Source: Candidatus Jordarchaeia archaeon
Lineage (GTDB): Archaea > Asgardarchaeota > Jordiarchaeia > Jordiarchaeales > Jordiarchaeaceae
Direction: 5' to 3'
DNA length: 64,000 nucleotides
Assembly: GCA_029856435.1 (NCBI GenBank)
Contig: JAHQXB010000063.1
Span: 27,053 to 91,052 of the forward strand
Each line of letters opens with the position of its first letter. The stretch's first letter is position 1. The notes under the pieces were generated by a model, which was not told the origin of the DNA, searched no databases, and was given only the letters and a program-made list of their open reading frames with translations. Of this stretch, positions 50,271-59,964 are shown piece by piece. Both the position numbers and the translations under genes were made by a program.

Positions 50271-51347
50271 ATGAAGGTCAAGATAAATGGAAAAGTTATG
50301 GAGTACCGCAATGTCTGGATGGAAAACGGCATTGTTAACATGATTGACCAAACTAGATTACCTTTCGAGTTTAGAATACAAAAAACGAAAAGTTACAGGG
50401 AAACTGCCGAAGCAATAAGAAAAATGCAAATCAGGGGAGCCCCAGCAATCGGTGTAGCAGCATCATATGGATTAGTACAAGCGGCCCTAGAATTCATTAA
50501 TTTAAAGCCAGAAGAATTCTGGAGGAAAATGGAAGAGGTTGCTCAAGAGTTTCTCAACACCCGCCCAACAGCTGTAGACCTACATAATATGGTGAAAAGG
50601 ATGATGACGAAAATAAAAAAGGCAGAGAGCCCCCAACAATGTTTGCAGATTGCACTTAGTGAATCCCAGCTGATAGCGGAAGAAAACGCTGAAGCGTGCA
50701 AGAAGATTGGGCTCTTGGGTAGAGACTTGATTAAGAGTGGGGACGGGGTACTAACGCACTGTAATACTGGTGCCTTAGGCACGGTTGATTATGGTACAGC
50801 CATAAGCATAATAAAGTTCGCTCACTATCAGGGTAAGAAATTCATTGTACTGGCAACTGAAACCAGGCCCTGGCTGCAGGGACGCCTAACTGATTGGGAG
50901 TTAACACAGGAAGACATTGAGCACTACATTATAGCGGACGCTGCCGCAGGGTACTACATGGACAGGGGAGAAGTCCAAATCGTGTTAGTTGGCGCTGACA
51001 GAATACTGCCAAACGGCGACGTTATAAACAAAATCGGCACACGCATACTGGCAGTACTGGCACATGAAAACAATATTCCCTTCGTAGTGGCAGCACCAAC
51101 AACCTCAATAGACCTTTTTCCAAAGGCTGAAAACATTAAGATAGAAGAGAGAGATACCAAGGAAATAACCCATATAAAGGGATATAATGAGGAAACAAAG
51201 GAATTACAAACATTAAGACTCTACTTAACAGACCGGGTAAAAAACCCCGTATTCGACATAACACCCGCAAAATATATTTCCAAAATAGTCACCGAAAAAC
51301 ACATTATTGAGCCACCCTACAATCTTAAAAAGCAGCTTCAAAATTAA
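50271..51347 (+). CDS. mtnA: S-methyl-5-thioribose-1-phosphate isomerase
   Basis: IDQTRLP, IRGAPAIG, RPTAVDL, LTHCNTG, ETRP, NKIGT, FDITP. Confidence 0.88.
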   Translation: MKVKINGKVMEYRNVWMENGIVNMIDQTRLPFEFRIQKTKSYRETAEAIRKMQIRGAPAIGVAASYGLVQAALEFINLKPEEFWRKMEEVAQEFLNTRPTAVDLHNMVKRMMTKIKKAESPQQCLQIALSESQLIAEENAEACKKIGLLGRDLIKSGDGVLTHCNTGALGTVDYGTAISIIKFAHYQGKKFIVLATETRPWLQGRLTDWELTQEDIEHYIIADAAAGYYMDRGEVQIVLVGADRILPNGDVINKIGTRILAVLAHENNIPFVVAAPTTSIDLFPKAENIKIEERDTKEITHIKGYNEETKELQTLRLYLTDRVKNPVFDITPAKYISKIVTEKHIIEPPYNLKKQLQN

Positions 51348-51905
51348 TAATCACTAACCAGAATTGGTTCAAATTAAAATTAGTAGGATAAAAAAAGCGA
51401 GAGTAAAATTACTCAGAAGATGCCTCCTGATATTTTTTCTGTTATTTTTAGGAAATATAGCAAGTTTCAACTTGCTACATATACTCTCTAAGGCAGTAGC
51501 TGGAAAATGGAAATCGTAGGCGGTACCTCTGTGAAGAAAAAGGAATAGTGAGTTAATAAGGGCAAGCAAAAGATAGCTTTTTCCATAATGGAAATGTGGC
51601 AATTATTTTGAGAATATGAAGGTTAAGATAAAACTTTTGAAACACAGGGAATTAAATGAAGCTAGAATTTGCAGAAGAAAAAATAAAACCAAAGGGAGGC
51701 AGAGTAATTAAGCTACAGCCAAATTTTCACAGGAGTTAAGTAAACCATTTTTAATATAAAAAGGATTGTAAAACTAATCTTACAATTCGGAGAAGTCTTG
51801 TTTGAGTGCTAAAATAATTAATGTTATAAATGTGTAAATCCCAAAGAATTAAAACAAAAAAGAACGTTGCCTAAAAACAAGCAATAATAGTAGGAGGATA
51901 TCCAG

Positions 51906-52760
51906 ATGACAAGGAAAGAAGCCGTGTTTGTACCAATAGGCGTTTCCAAAGAAGAAGTTGAGGAGTTCTTACCGGTAGAAATAGGTATCCTTGGGGGAAC
52001 AGGAAACTATGACCCCGCAATATTTGAGAAAACCAAAGAAATTAAGGTGTACACGCCCTACGGAGCTCCATCAGATAACGTTATAATTGGATTAGTGAAA
52101 GGGCGTAAAGTGGCTTTCCTAGCAAGACATGGGAGGCACCACTCAATACCCCCCCACCAGATTAACTATAGGGCCAACATCTGGGCATTCAAAAGCCTTG
52201 GAGTTACAAGAATCTTTTCCCCTGCTGCCTGTGGAAGCTTGCAACCAGAAACAATTAAGCCGGGAGAGTTCGTGATTGCCACACAGATTTTCGACAGAAC
52301 TTTTGGACAGAGGAAGGACACCTTCTTTGAGGGAGGTGTTGTGGGTCATGTAGAGTTTGCAGACCCCTTCTGCCCCGAGCTAAGGAAAATAGTCATTGAT
52401 ACTGCCCACGAATTAGGTCTTAAGATACATGAGGAGGGCACCTATGTTTGCATAAATGGCCCAAGGTTCAGCACCAGAGCGGAAAGCCTCTTCTACAAGA
52501 GCCAGGGATTCTCAGTAGTGGGGATGACCTGTTACCCAGAATGTGCTCTGGCAAAAGAGGCGGAAATTTGTATGGTTAACATTTCGATGCCCACCGATGT
52601 AGACGTTTATGGCATAGTGCCTGTCAACGCAGCAGCGGTAGCGAAGAGTATGAGAGAAAACATAGCTAATGTAAGAAAATTACTATATACTGCTATAGAG
52701 CGAGTCCCGAAGGAACGAAAGTGTAAATGTAGCAGAGTTCTAGATCTCGCATTGTACTAA
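51906..52760 (+). CDS. mtnP: 5'-methylthioadenosine / purine nucleoside phosphorylase
   Basis: GGTG, TPYG, ARHG, INYRANIWA, GPRFSTRAES, VGMT. Confidence 0.9.
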   Translation: MTRKEAVFVPIGVSKEEVEEFLPVEIGILGGTGNYDPAIFEKTKEIKVYTPYGAPSDNVIIGLVKGRKVAFLARHGRHHSIPPHQINYRANIWAFKSLGVTRIFSPAACGSLQPETIKPGEFVIATQIFDRTFGQRKDTFFEGGVVGHVEFADPFCPELRKIVIDTAHELGLKIHEEGTYVCINGPRFSTRAESLFYKSQGFSVVGMTCYPECALAKEAEICMVNISMPTDVDVYGIVPVNAAAVAKSMRENIANVRKLLYTAIERVPKERKCKCSRVLDLALY

Positions 52761-53238
52761 ATAAGATGAATATTGTATAGGAGCTCCTTTTTCCCAATTA
52801 CCTCGATTTATTTTTGAAACATACATCTTTTTAGAAACGGCTGTTTTAAAAGATAGTTCAACAATTAAGCCAATGGTTTACAGAATCGTTGGCAAGACAA
52901 GTCTCCAACTTTTTGGGGAAGACGTCAAAATTTGATGATTCTCTAGTTTTCCAGTTAATGACTAATTCTTGACCTTACAAGAATGTCGAATAGAAAAGTC
53001 CTCGACTTTTTGTTGCAGTAGGTGTCGACTTTTTCGGGAGATAATTTTTGGCGCTTATTCGCTTACAATGCTTAATCATTTTAATATTATTTTTGTATAT
53101 TTGTTATAAGTTCATTACATTTATTTTTTATAATACATATTGTTATTGTCTTTTTTCTTTTGTAATGTTTTTGACAAAGTTTTAAAGCTAAAGATGGTTA
53201 ATAGGTAACTACACATAATATTTGAGAGGTGTACCTTT

Positions 53239-54294
53239 TTGTCGATAAAAAGCCCTACCGCAGATGATGTTTTTAAAAGATGGCTAGAACACGCGGACTT
53301 GAGTAAACTTGAGAAGGCATTTTCAGTCAAGCATGTCAAGTTTGAAAGATCAAATGTTTCTGCCTCGGAGTCTGTTAAAAACGTGGAGAAACATGCGGTG
53401 TTTTTCTTCTACTCTAAAATAGAACCCTCCATTGGTAAGGAAGCTGAAAAAAAATTAGTGGACATTGATGAGCTGAGAAAAGTGACTTTTTATGACTTTG
53501 GAAACAAGCAAGTAGACTTGACAGAGTGGAAGGACAAGAATCTCGTTCCCTTATACTCCTCCATCAAGGAGATTAGTTGCAGTGAGTGTGATGGTAAGGG
53601 ATTCATCGCCTGTGACAAGTGTAAAGGTTCAGGGACATTGGAATGCAAGAAGTGTAAAGGAACGGGAAGCCTCATCTGCAACGCTTGTAAAGGAGAAAAG
53701 AAACTTCATCTAAAGTTAAAAGTTATAACAGCAGAGGGTAAGAAGATGGATATAGAAATGCCTTATAACTGCGATTTATGCGGGGGAGTTGGGACGATAT
53801 ACTGTGACAATTGCGCTGGCACTGGGAAAATCGACTGCGACAAGTGTCGTGGAGGAACCAAAACCCCCTGCAAGAAGTGCAAAGCTACCGGAACACTATT
53901 TGAGTACACTATTGGTCCTGTGCCATTTAAGCCAGCGGTTATTCCTAAACTGTTCTTCAGACCTGAATTTGAAAAGTACTTGGGAAAGGTGATAGATAAA
54001 GAATTTGCCAACATTGAGGGGATAGTCATTAAGAACTATGAAAATCTATCAGAAAGGGAGCTCACGCCACAATTGGGATTCTTCAACAAAGAGGTCAATG
54101 ATAAAATGAAAAAGGCTAGGGACACCTTTAGAGAGTTGGAGAAAAAGGCGGCTAAAGGCGGAGAGAAACCACAATACCCCATATACGTTTATCCTCTGCT
54201 TAAACTCGACGTGGAATCGCCTAAAGGTAAAAAATTCAACATTTTTAGCATTGGAACGGAAAGAAGCTACATTGTGGTGGATTATGGATTTTAA
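53239..54294 (+). CDS. J-domain-less DnaJ-type zinc-finger repeat protein (SSUH2-like)
   Basis: Eight CxxCxGxG-like repeats; no HPD J-domain. Confidence 0.75.
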   Translation: MSIKSPTADDVFKRWLEHADLSKLEKAFSVKHVKFERSNVSASESVKNVEKHAVFFFYSKIEPSIGKEAEKKLVDIDELRKVTFYDFGNKQVDLTEWKDKNLVPLYSSIKEISCSECDGKGFIACDKCKGSGTLECKKCKGTGSLICNACKGEKKLHLKLKVITAEGKKMDIEMPYNCDLCGGVGTIYCDNCAGTGKIDCDKCRGGTKTPCKKCKATGTLFEYTIGPVPFKPAVIPKLFFRPEFEKYLGKVIDKEFANIEGIVIKNYENLSERELTPQLGFFNKEVNDKMKKARDTFRELEKKAAKGGEKPQYPIYVYPLLKLDVESPKGKKFNIFSIGTERSYIVVDYGF

Positions 54295-54324
54295 AAAAGG
54301 CAATTTCACCTCTCACAGGGGTTC

Positions 54325-56025
54325 TTACTTTTTGGAGTACACAATCTCTCCACCTACTATAGTCATTTCTACCTCTATTTCACTTATCTTGTCAGCTGGT
54401 ACCTCTAAGGGGTCGTCTGAGAGTACCACTAGATCTGCAAGCTTGCCTGTCTCAATTGAGCCCTTTATTTTCTCCTCAAAGGAAGCGTAGGCCGCATCCA
54501 AAGTATACATTCTAATTGCTTGCTCCACTGATACTCTCTGCTCAGGAATGAAAGTGTAATCAGAAGTTACTTGTCTTAAAACTGCAGCCTGTATTCCCAG
54601 CAATGGATCCATAAGTTCCACTGGACAATCGGACCCGGCAGCTAGTATTATTCCCTCCTCTAGCAACCTCCTGAAGGGATAGACGTATTTAGCCCTATCT
54701 TTTCCTACGCGGTCAAGCATCCATCGCCCATCTGAGACAATAAATGGAGGCTGAACAGAAGCGACCACTCCTAATCTTTTCATTCGCTGTATCAAATCTT
54801 CATTTAAAACTGATGCATGCTCGATGCGGTGGCGATGGTCCTTTTTTGGTTTCTCCCTTAAGACTTCCTCTAAAGCCTCTAAAGCTACAGTAACTGCCCT
54901 ATCGCCTATGCAGTGTATTGCCAACTGGAAACCCACTGAGTGAGCTGTCTTAACTATGTTTCGGAGCACTTTTTCATTGTAAATTACGATTCCCCGATTT
55001 TCAGGGTCGTCGCTAAAAGGTTCAAGCATTGCCGCAGTGCGTCCCCCAAGACTACCATCTAGGATAATCTTTATCGCTCCAATTTTTAATTTATGGTTTC
55101 CGAATCCCGTGTAAAAGCCAAGGTTCAATACACTAGATAAACAAGATTCGGGAATTTGAAGATACACTCTTAGCGGGAGTTCGCCTCGCATCAGCAATGT
55201 TTGGAAGGCTTTTCCCTGGAAATATTGATCTTGATCTAGCAGGGGCATACAGTGTACTGAGGTTATTCCTTTGGCTACAGCCTTTTCGCAGGCGAGTTTT
55301 AAAGCAGATACATAATCTTCGTCTTCCAAGGTTACAGAGTTGAGTATCATAAAGCTTTCAGCTTCACGCATTATACCGGTAGGCTCATTGGTTCTCGGAT
55401 CTTTATCGATTTTTCCCCCAAGATGGGATTCTGTTTCCGCAGTTATTTTTGCCAGTTCTAGAGCCTTACTATTGGCACAACTAATGTGGCCGCAAATACG
55501 CACAAGAATAACTGGATTATCGGGAGCTGCTTGATCCAGATCCCATCTTGTGGGGAGCCGTTTCTCGGCAAGGATTGAGTCATCCCAACCATGCCCCATT
55601 ATCCAAGCACCCTTTGATTTTCTTTGAGATTCTTTTCTTAACTTCTCCTTAATCTCTTCGATTGATTTCACTCCCGTTAAATCCAACATATTCAGCTTAG
55701 CTCCGAAACCCAAAAGGTGTATGTGGCAGTCCGTGAATCCGGGGAGAACCGTTTTACCTTCAAGATAAACAATTTTAACCTTGCCCCCAAGAAGGGATTT
55801 CATCTCTTCACTAGTGCCAACACTAATAATCTTTCCATCGCGGATAGCAACCGCCTCAGCCCTAGGTTTATCCGGATCCAAAGTTATAATATTACCATTC
55901 ACCAAACAGAGATCTGCCTGCTCAAAATTTTCAAGGTTCATATAACCAAATCTCCTTTCACATAACGCCAACGATTTTTCGATGAAAAAGGATATTCCAT
56001 TTAAAATACAGTTAAGTTTCTGCAT
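54325..56025 (-). CDS. Amidohydrolase 3 family (YtcJ-like); true start probably MNLENF
   Basis: PGFTDCHIH, DGSLGGRTA, HCIGD, RIEHAS, GSDCP. Confidence 0.9.
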   Translation of the reverse strand: MQKLNCILNGISFFIEKSLALCERRFGYMNLENFEQADLCLVNGNIITLDPDKPRAEAVAIRDGKIISVGTSEEMKSLLGGKVKIVYLEGKTVLPGFTDCHIHLLGFGAKLNMLDLTGVKSIEEIKEKLRKESQRKSKGAWIMGHGWDDSILAEKRLPTRWDLDQAAPDNPVILVRICGHISCANSKALELAKITAETESHLGGKIDKDPRTNEPTGIMREAESFMILNSVTLEDEDYVSALKLACEKAVAKGITSVHCMPLLDQDQYFQGKAFQTLLMRGELPLRVYLQIPESCLSSVLNLGFYTGFGNHKLKIGAIKIILDGSLGGRTAAMLEPFSDDPENRGIVIYNEKVLRNIVKTAHSVGFQLAIHCIGDRAVTVALEALEEVLREKPKKDHRHRIEHASVLNEDLIQRMKRLGVVASVQPPFIVSDGRWMLDRVGKDRAKYVYPFRRLLEEGIILAAGSDCPVELMDPLLGIQAAVLRQVTSDYTFIPEQRVSVEQAIRMYTLDAAYASFEEKIKGSIETGKLADLVVLSDDPLEVPADKISEIEVEMTIVGGEIVYSKK

Positions 56026-57391
56026 AGTTATAGAGAAAGGACACTATGTATTTTTCGAAGTCTTTTATTCCATCAACCATGAGATACTCGTTAGGCGCAT
56101 GTGCTTTACCGCCGTGTCCTGGACCGCTCATTATGAATTTCATATTAAACGGCGGTTTCGTGAAGAGATAGAAGGGGGCGCTTCCAGGTAACATTGGCAT
56201 CACAACCGGTTCATAGTTGAGATCCTTGAATGTTTTTATTGCTGCTTGGCTAATTTTGTCTTTGACTGAAACTTTCACCCATTCGTAAGCACCTAGAACT
56301 CTCACCTCAATGTCCTCGAAGCCCCGTTTCTTCAAGTGAGTCTTAACTCTATCAATGACCTCGCTGGTGGTCATGTTTGGAACCAGTCTAATATCAATCT
56401 TAACTGTTGCCTTAGCAGGAGTAATGGTCTTTGTTCCAGGCCCCGTCCACCCACTAATTATTCCGTCAATGTTGATGGGGGACGGCTTAAAGATCAGGTT
56501 TCTAGCCATCGCCTTAGAATTCTCACCGCGATAATTCTCAACCTGGTAGCTTGCGGTCATAGCCTTAACCAGCAGTTCAGAATACTTGTCTACCAGCTCC
56601 AAATCCTCAGGGGAAGGGGGCTCAACATTATCATAGAATCCCTCAATCAAAACCTCATCTTGCCCACGCATACTGTTTAAGGCCCAGATCAGGCGCCAAA
56701 CAGGGTTTGGGAGAATATTAGCCTGGCTTGAATGAACATCTAAAGGATTTGTTTTACACTCCAGTTCCATGTATACGATGCCCTTAAGGCCAAGAAGCAG
56801 AGCCGGTGGGGCTCCCGGAAACGCTTGACTTGGAATCCACATACCCATAGCTTCACATTGCTTCAACTCGCTCTCCCTCTTTTTAGCCCATTCTGGCAGG
56901 TGAATACTGGCTTGCTCTTCCTCGCCCTCCACTCCAAAAATTAAATTGAAGGGTAAGTCTCCAGCGACTTCCAGAATTGATTGCAGAGCGTTAAGAGTAG
57001 CCATAAATGGGCCCTTACTGTTTATGGCGCCTCTCGCTACTATGCGGTTATCAATAATTTTGGCTTCAAATGGTGGTGACGTCCATTCATTCAGAGGTTC
57101 CACGGGCTGAGTATCATACATTCCGTATATGAACATCCAGCGATTGCTGGTTTTGGATTTGAGTTCCCCAAAGACTACAGGATAGCCTGAGGTGCTGTCA
57201 ATTGTGGATTCTGCGCCCAACATCTCTTTTAGGTACTCACGTGTCATTTCTGCGGTTTCCCGCATGCCTTCCCCTGTCTGGGAAATGCTTGGTTGCCTCA
57301 AGTATTCTCGTATTCTTTCAATGTGGTCATCAAAGTGTTCGTCAATGTGCTTGTAAATCTTTTCAATTTCAGGCATTCGATTCTCCTCCAC
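56012..57391 (-). CDS. M20-family peptidase
   Basis: MYDTQP, ARGAINSKG, EGEEE, HAPNE. Confidence 0.9.
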   Translation of the reverse strand: MEENRMPEIEKIYKHIDEHFDDHIERIREYLRQPSISQTGEGMRETAEMTREYLKEMLGAESTIDSTSGYPVVFGELKSKTSNRWMFIYGMYDTQPVEPLNEWTSPPFEAKIIDNRIVARGAINSKGPFMATLNALQSILEVAGDLPFNLIFGVEGEEEQASIHLPEWAKKRESELKQCEAMGMWIPSQAFPGAPPALLLGLKGIVYMELECKTNPLDVHSSQANILPNPVWRLIWALNSMRGQDEVLIEGFYDNVEPPSPEDLELVDKYSELLVKAMTASYQVENYRGENSKAMARNLIFKPSPINIDGIISGWTGPGTKTITPAKATVKIDIRLVPNMTTSEVIDRVKTHLKKRGFEDIEVRVLGAYEWVKVSVKDKISQAAIKTFKDLNYEPVVMPMLPGSAPFYLFTKPPFNMKFIMSGPGHGGKAHAPNEYLMVDGIKDFEKYIVSFLYNYAET

Positions 57392-57437
57392 ACAAATAAA
57401 AACTTAAACCAGTTATGATTTATCGTTTTTCAAATTT

Positions 57438-57773
57438 TTATTTTACATTTCTTATGTATGCTACGCCCAGAGGGGGCAGGTCCGCTACCTTTCCTTTTAC
57501 AGTGATGAAGAAGATGTCTTTGAAGAATTATGTATGGAAACCTAATGTTTTTTCATCCATTTTAGGAGGGCTGCTATTTCTTGTATGGTTATCGCTTTTT
57601 CCTTTGAGTATTGTTAGAATCTCTATTCTGATTGGATTTTGCACGACTCGGAGGACTCTTCTATGTGCCTCAGTTAGATCTTTTACCGAGCTGCTATCAT
57701 CTAATTTTCGTTTCCAAGCTTTAAGTTCTTCGTCACTCATTTCTCTACAATTTTTCCTTTCCAAACTGTTCAT
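57438..57773 (-). pseudogene. ArsR-type wHTH paralog, disrupted
   Basis: Aligns with the 57845-58186 paralog; short compensated frameshift (the alternative frame reads AITIQEIAALL), TAA at 57528-57530, then FFKDIFFITVKGKVADLPPLGVAYIRNVK-stop. Confidence 0.7.
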
Positions 57774-57844
57774 CCTGCTTCGTCATATTTATTTCAAAAA
57801 GGATCAAGTGGTCTTGGTCTCCTCTTTTATTTGTTTGGCGCTTC

Positions 57845-58186
57845 TCATTTTATCACATTTTTTAGGTATACAACTCCGAAAGGTGTCAGATCCACCATAT
57901 TTCCTTCTATGGTTATGTAATATGTTAGCTTAAGATATTGAAGGTGGAACTGCACAATTTTTTCATCCAGTTTCAAACTCTCAGATATCTCCTGTATGGA
58001 CAAAGCCTTATCTTTAAGAAGCATCAAGATTTCCCTCCTAGCGGGGTTTTGCATAGCTAGAAGAGCTCTCCTATGCCACTCTGTCGAATTTCCCTCCATA
58101 TTTCTCTCCAACACATTTATTCTCCAATCTTCGATTTCCTCATCGCTCATTTCTCTACAATCCTTTTTCTGCAAAACCAGCACCAT
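57845..58186 (-). CDS. ArsR-type winged-helix protein
   Basis: QNPARREILMLL...LSIQEISESLKLDEKIVQFHLQYL. Confidence 0.8.
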   Translation of the reverse strand: MVLVLQKKDCREMSDEEIEDWRINVLERNMEGNSTEWHRRALLAMQNPARREILMLLKDKALSIQEISESLKLDEKIVQFHLQYLKLTYYITIEGNMVDLTPFGVVYLKNVIK

Positions 58187-58272
58187 TTACGGAGTTTAGA
58201 TAAAGTTTACTAGTACGATAATGAACGTACATTAAAATGTTTCGCGCCCAAATTATGTTTTCCTCATCAACC

Positions 58273-58453
58273 GAACTTGTTAAAAAAGTCTTTTTCATGG
58301 TTTGGTTGCGATGTCTTCAAGGGTTGGTGGGGTGTGTGGTGCAAAGCCTTCCTTTATGGCATATTTCTGCTGTGGGATTCCCAGAGTCACCCATTTACAC
58401 CCATTGGAAAAGCCAACCAGAACCCCTGAAACAACAATTTTTTTAACAAGTTC
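58273..58453. mobile_element. MITE family A (181 bp)
   Basis: TIR GAACTTGTTAAAAAA / TTTTTTAACAAGTTC; 9-bp TSD TCATCAACC (58264-58272, 58454-58462). Confidence 0.88.
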
Positions 58454-58612
58454 TCATCAACCAGAATACTCAAAATCCAATGTAAGAATTTCCTCCCCGT
58501 TAAAAGAGGTTTAAAGATTGAAAAAAGATTTATAGCCCCTAGGAACATTGGGAATTCTGATATTCCACTTGCGATTCAATTTACCGATACAATAAATAGT
58601 TGGTGTTTTTTA

Positions 58613-59920
58613 ATGGAGCTGGATTTGTCCAGAGAGGAATTGTTAAACCTGCAAGAAAAGAGATTCAAACGCACAATGGAACTAGCTTTTAAAACACCAC
58701 TATACAGCGAAAAATTCAAAGAAGCGGGTCTAAGTCTGGCAGACATCACAAGTGTAAAAGATTTAGGAAGACTACCATTCTCCAGCAAACAAGACATCGT
58801 CAAGGACTATAGAGCGGCAATCGCAGACCACAGTGACCTGGCAGTGTTTCACACCACCTCAGGAACCTCAGGAACCCCCACAGTTGTGGGCTACACTAAC
58901 AATGATGTCGAGACACAAACCATCAACGAGGCACGAAACCTGCTAACAGCAGGATTCAAAAAGGGAGACATAATAATTAATACCACGCCTTATGGCATGT
59001 TTTTTGCAGGTGTCTGTATTCATGACGCTATAAGGAGAATTGGAGCTGTTGTGGTTCCTGCTGGTAAATTGGCGAGCAGTAGGCAGCAGGTAGATATGAT
59101 TCATTTTTATCGTCCCACTGGAGTTATTGGCATTGCCCAGTTTATTTTGAAGTGGGCTTCTCTCTATGAGGATATGTTTGGTGAGGATCCTAGGGAAAGC
59201 TCTCTTAACAGGGGGTACGCGCTTGGGGAGCCAGTTCCAGAGGGTAAAAGAAAGCGTATAGAGGATGTTTGGGGTATTGACCTTAGAGTTGGATATGGTT
59301 TGACGGAGGTTGGCAGTGGAGGGGAGTGTGAGGAGAAACACGGTGTGCATTGGCAGGAGGATCTCTCCTTAGTGGAGGTTGTCGACCCGGATACTAGTGA
59401 GGGGGTGGCGGATGGAGAGAGAGGGGAGCTCGTTTATACTACTATTTCTAGGACTGGCACTTTGGCCATTAGGTTTCGTTCAAGGGATAGTTCCTTTATA
59501 GTAGGTGGTGACTGCTCCTGTGGCCGTATCACGCGGAGAGTTATGCCTCCTGAGTTTCGTTTAGATAGTTTGATCAAGATTAAGGGAACTCTTACCAGTC
59601 CTTTTGCTATTGATTCAGCGATTTTCAGTTATGACGGTGTTAGAGACTACTTGGTGGTGGTGAGCGAGGATTCATCGGGTCTTGATCGTGTGGATGTTTA
59701 CATTGATTCAGATGTCTTTACGCCCAGACAGATTGAGAGTTTATATGATCGATTTGGCGGTAAGATTTGGTTCAACCCCTCATCAGTGAAAATAGTGGAG
59801 AAGGATAGTATTCCAGTAATTGGTAGGAAGGGGAAAAAAATTATTGACCTTAGAGCCGAAGCGGATTATGGGGATGAACTTAAAACCTTCCTAGAAAAAT
59901 ATGGGGAGCATCCACAATAA
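58613..59920 (+). CDS. Phenylacetate-CoA ligase (PaaK)-like adenylate-forming enzyme
   Basis: LPFSSK, HTTSGTSGTP, LGEP, YGLTEV, GELVYTT. Confidence 0.88.
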   Translation: MELDLSREELLNLQEKRFKRTMELAFKTPLYSEKFKEAGLSLADITSVKDLGRLPFSSKQDIVKDYRAAIADHSDLAVFHTTSGTSGTPTVVGYTNNDVETQTINEARNLLTAGFKKGDIIINTTPYGMFFAGVCIHDAIRRIGAVVVPAGKLASSRQQVDMIHFYRPTGVIGIAQFILKWASLYEDMFGEDPRESSLNRGYALGEPVPEGKRKRIEDVWGIDLRVGYGLTEVGSGGECEEKHGVHWQEDLSLVEVVDPDTSEGVADGERGELVYTTISRTGTLAIRFRSRDSSFIVGGDCSCGRITRRVMPPEFRLDSLIKIKGTLTSPFAIDSAIFSYDGVRDYLVVVSEDSSGLDRVDVYIDSDVFTPRQIESLYDRFGGKIWFNPSSVKIVEKDSIPVIGRKGKKIIDLRAEADYGDELKTFLEKYGEHPQ

Positions 59921-59964
59921 TTATTCGGCGTTTTTGTGCAGCCTTTTGGTTGCTTCTGTTTGTT

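Noticed and set aside
52931-52975. Possible C/D-box sRNA starting with TGATGA
   Set aside because: No canonical CTGA D or D' boxes at the expected spacing
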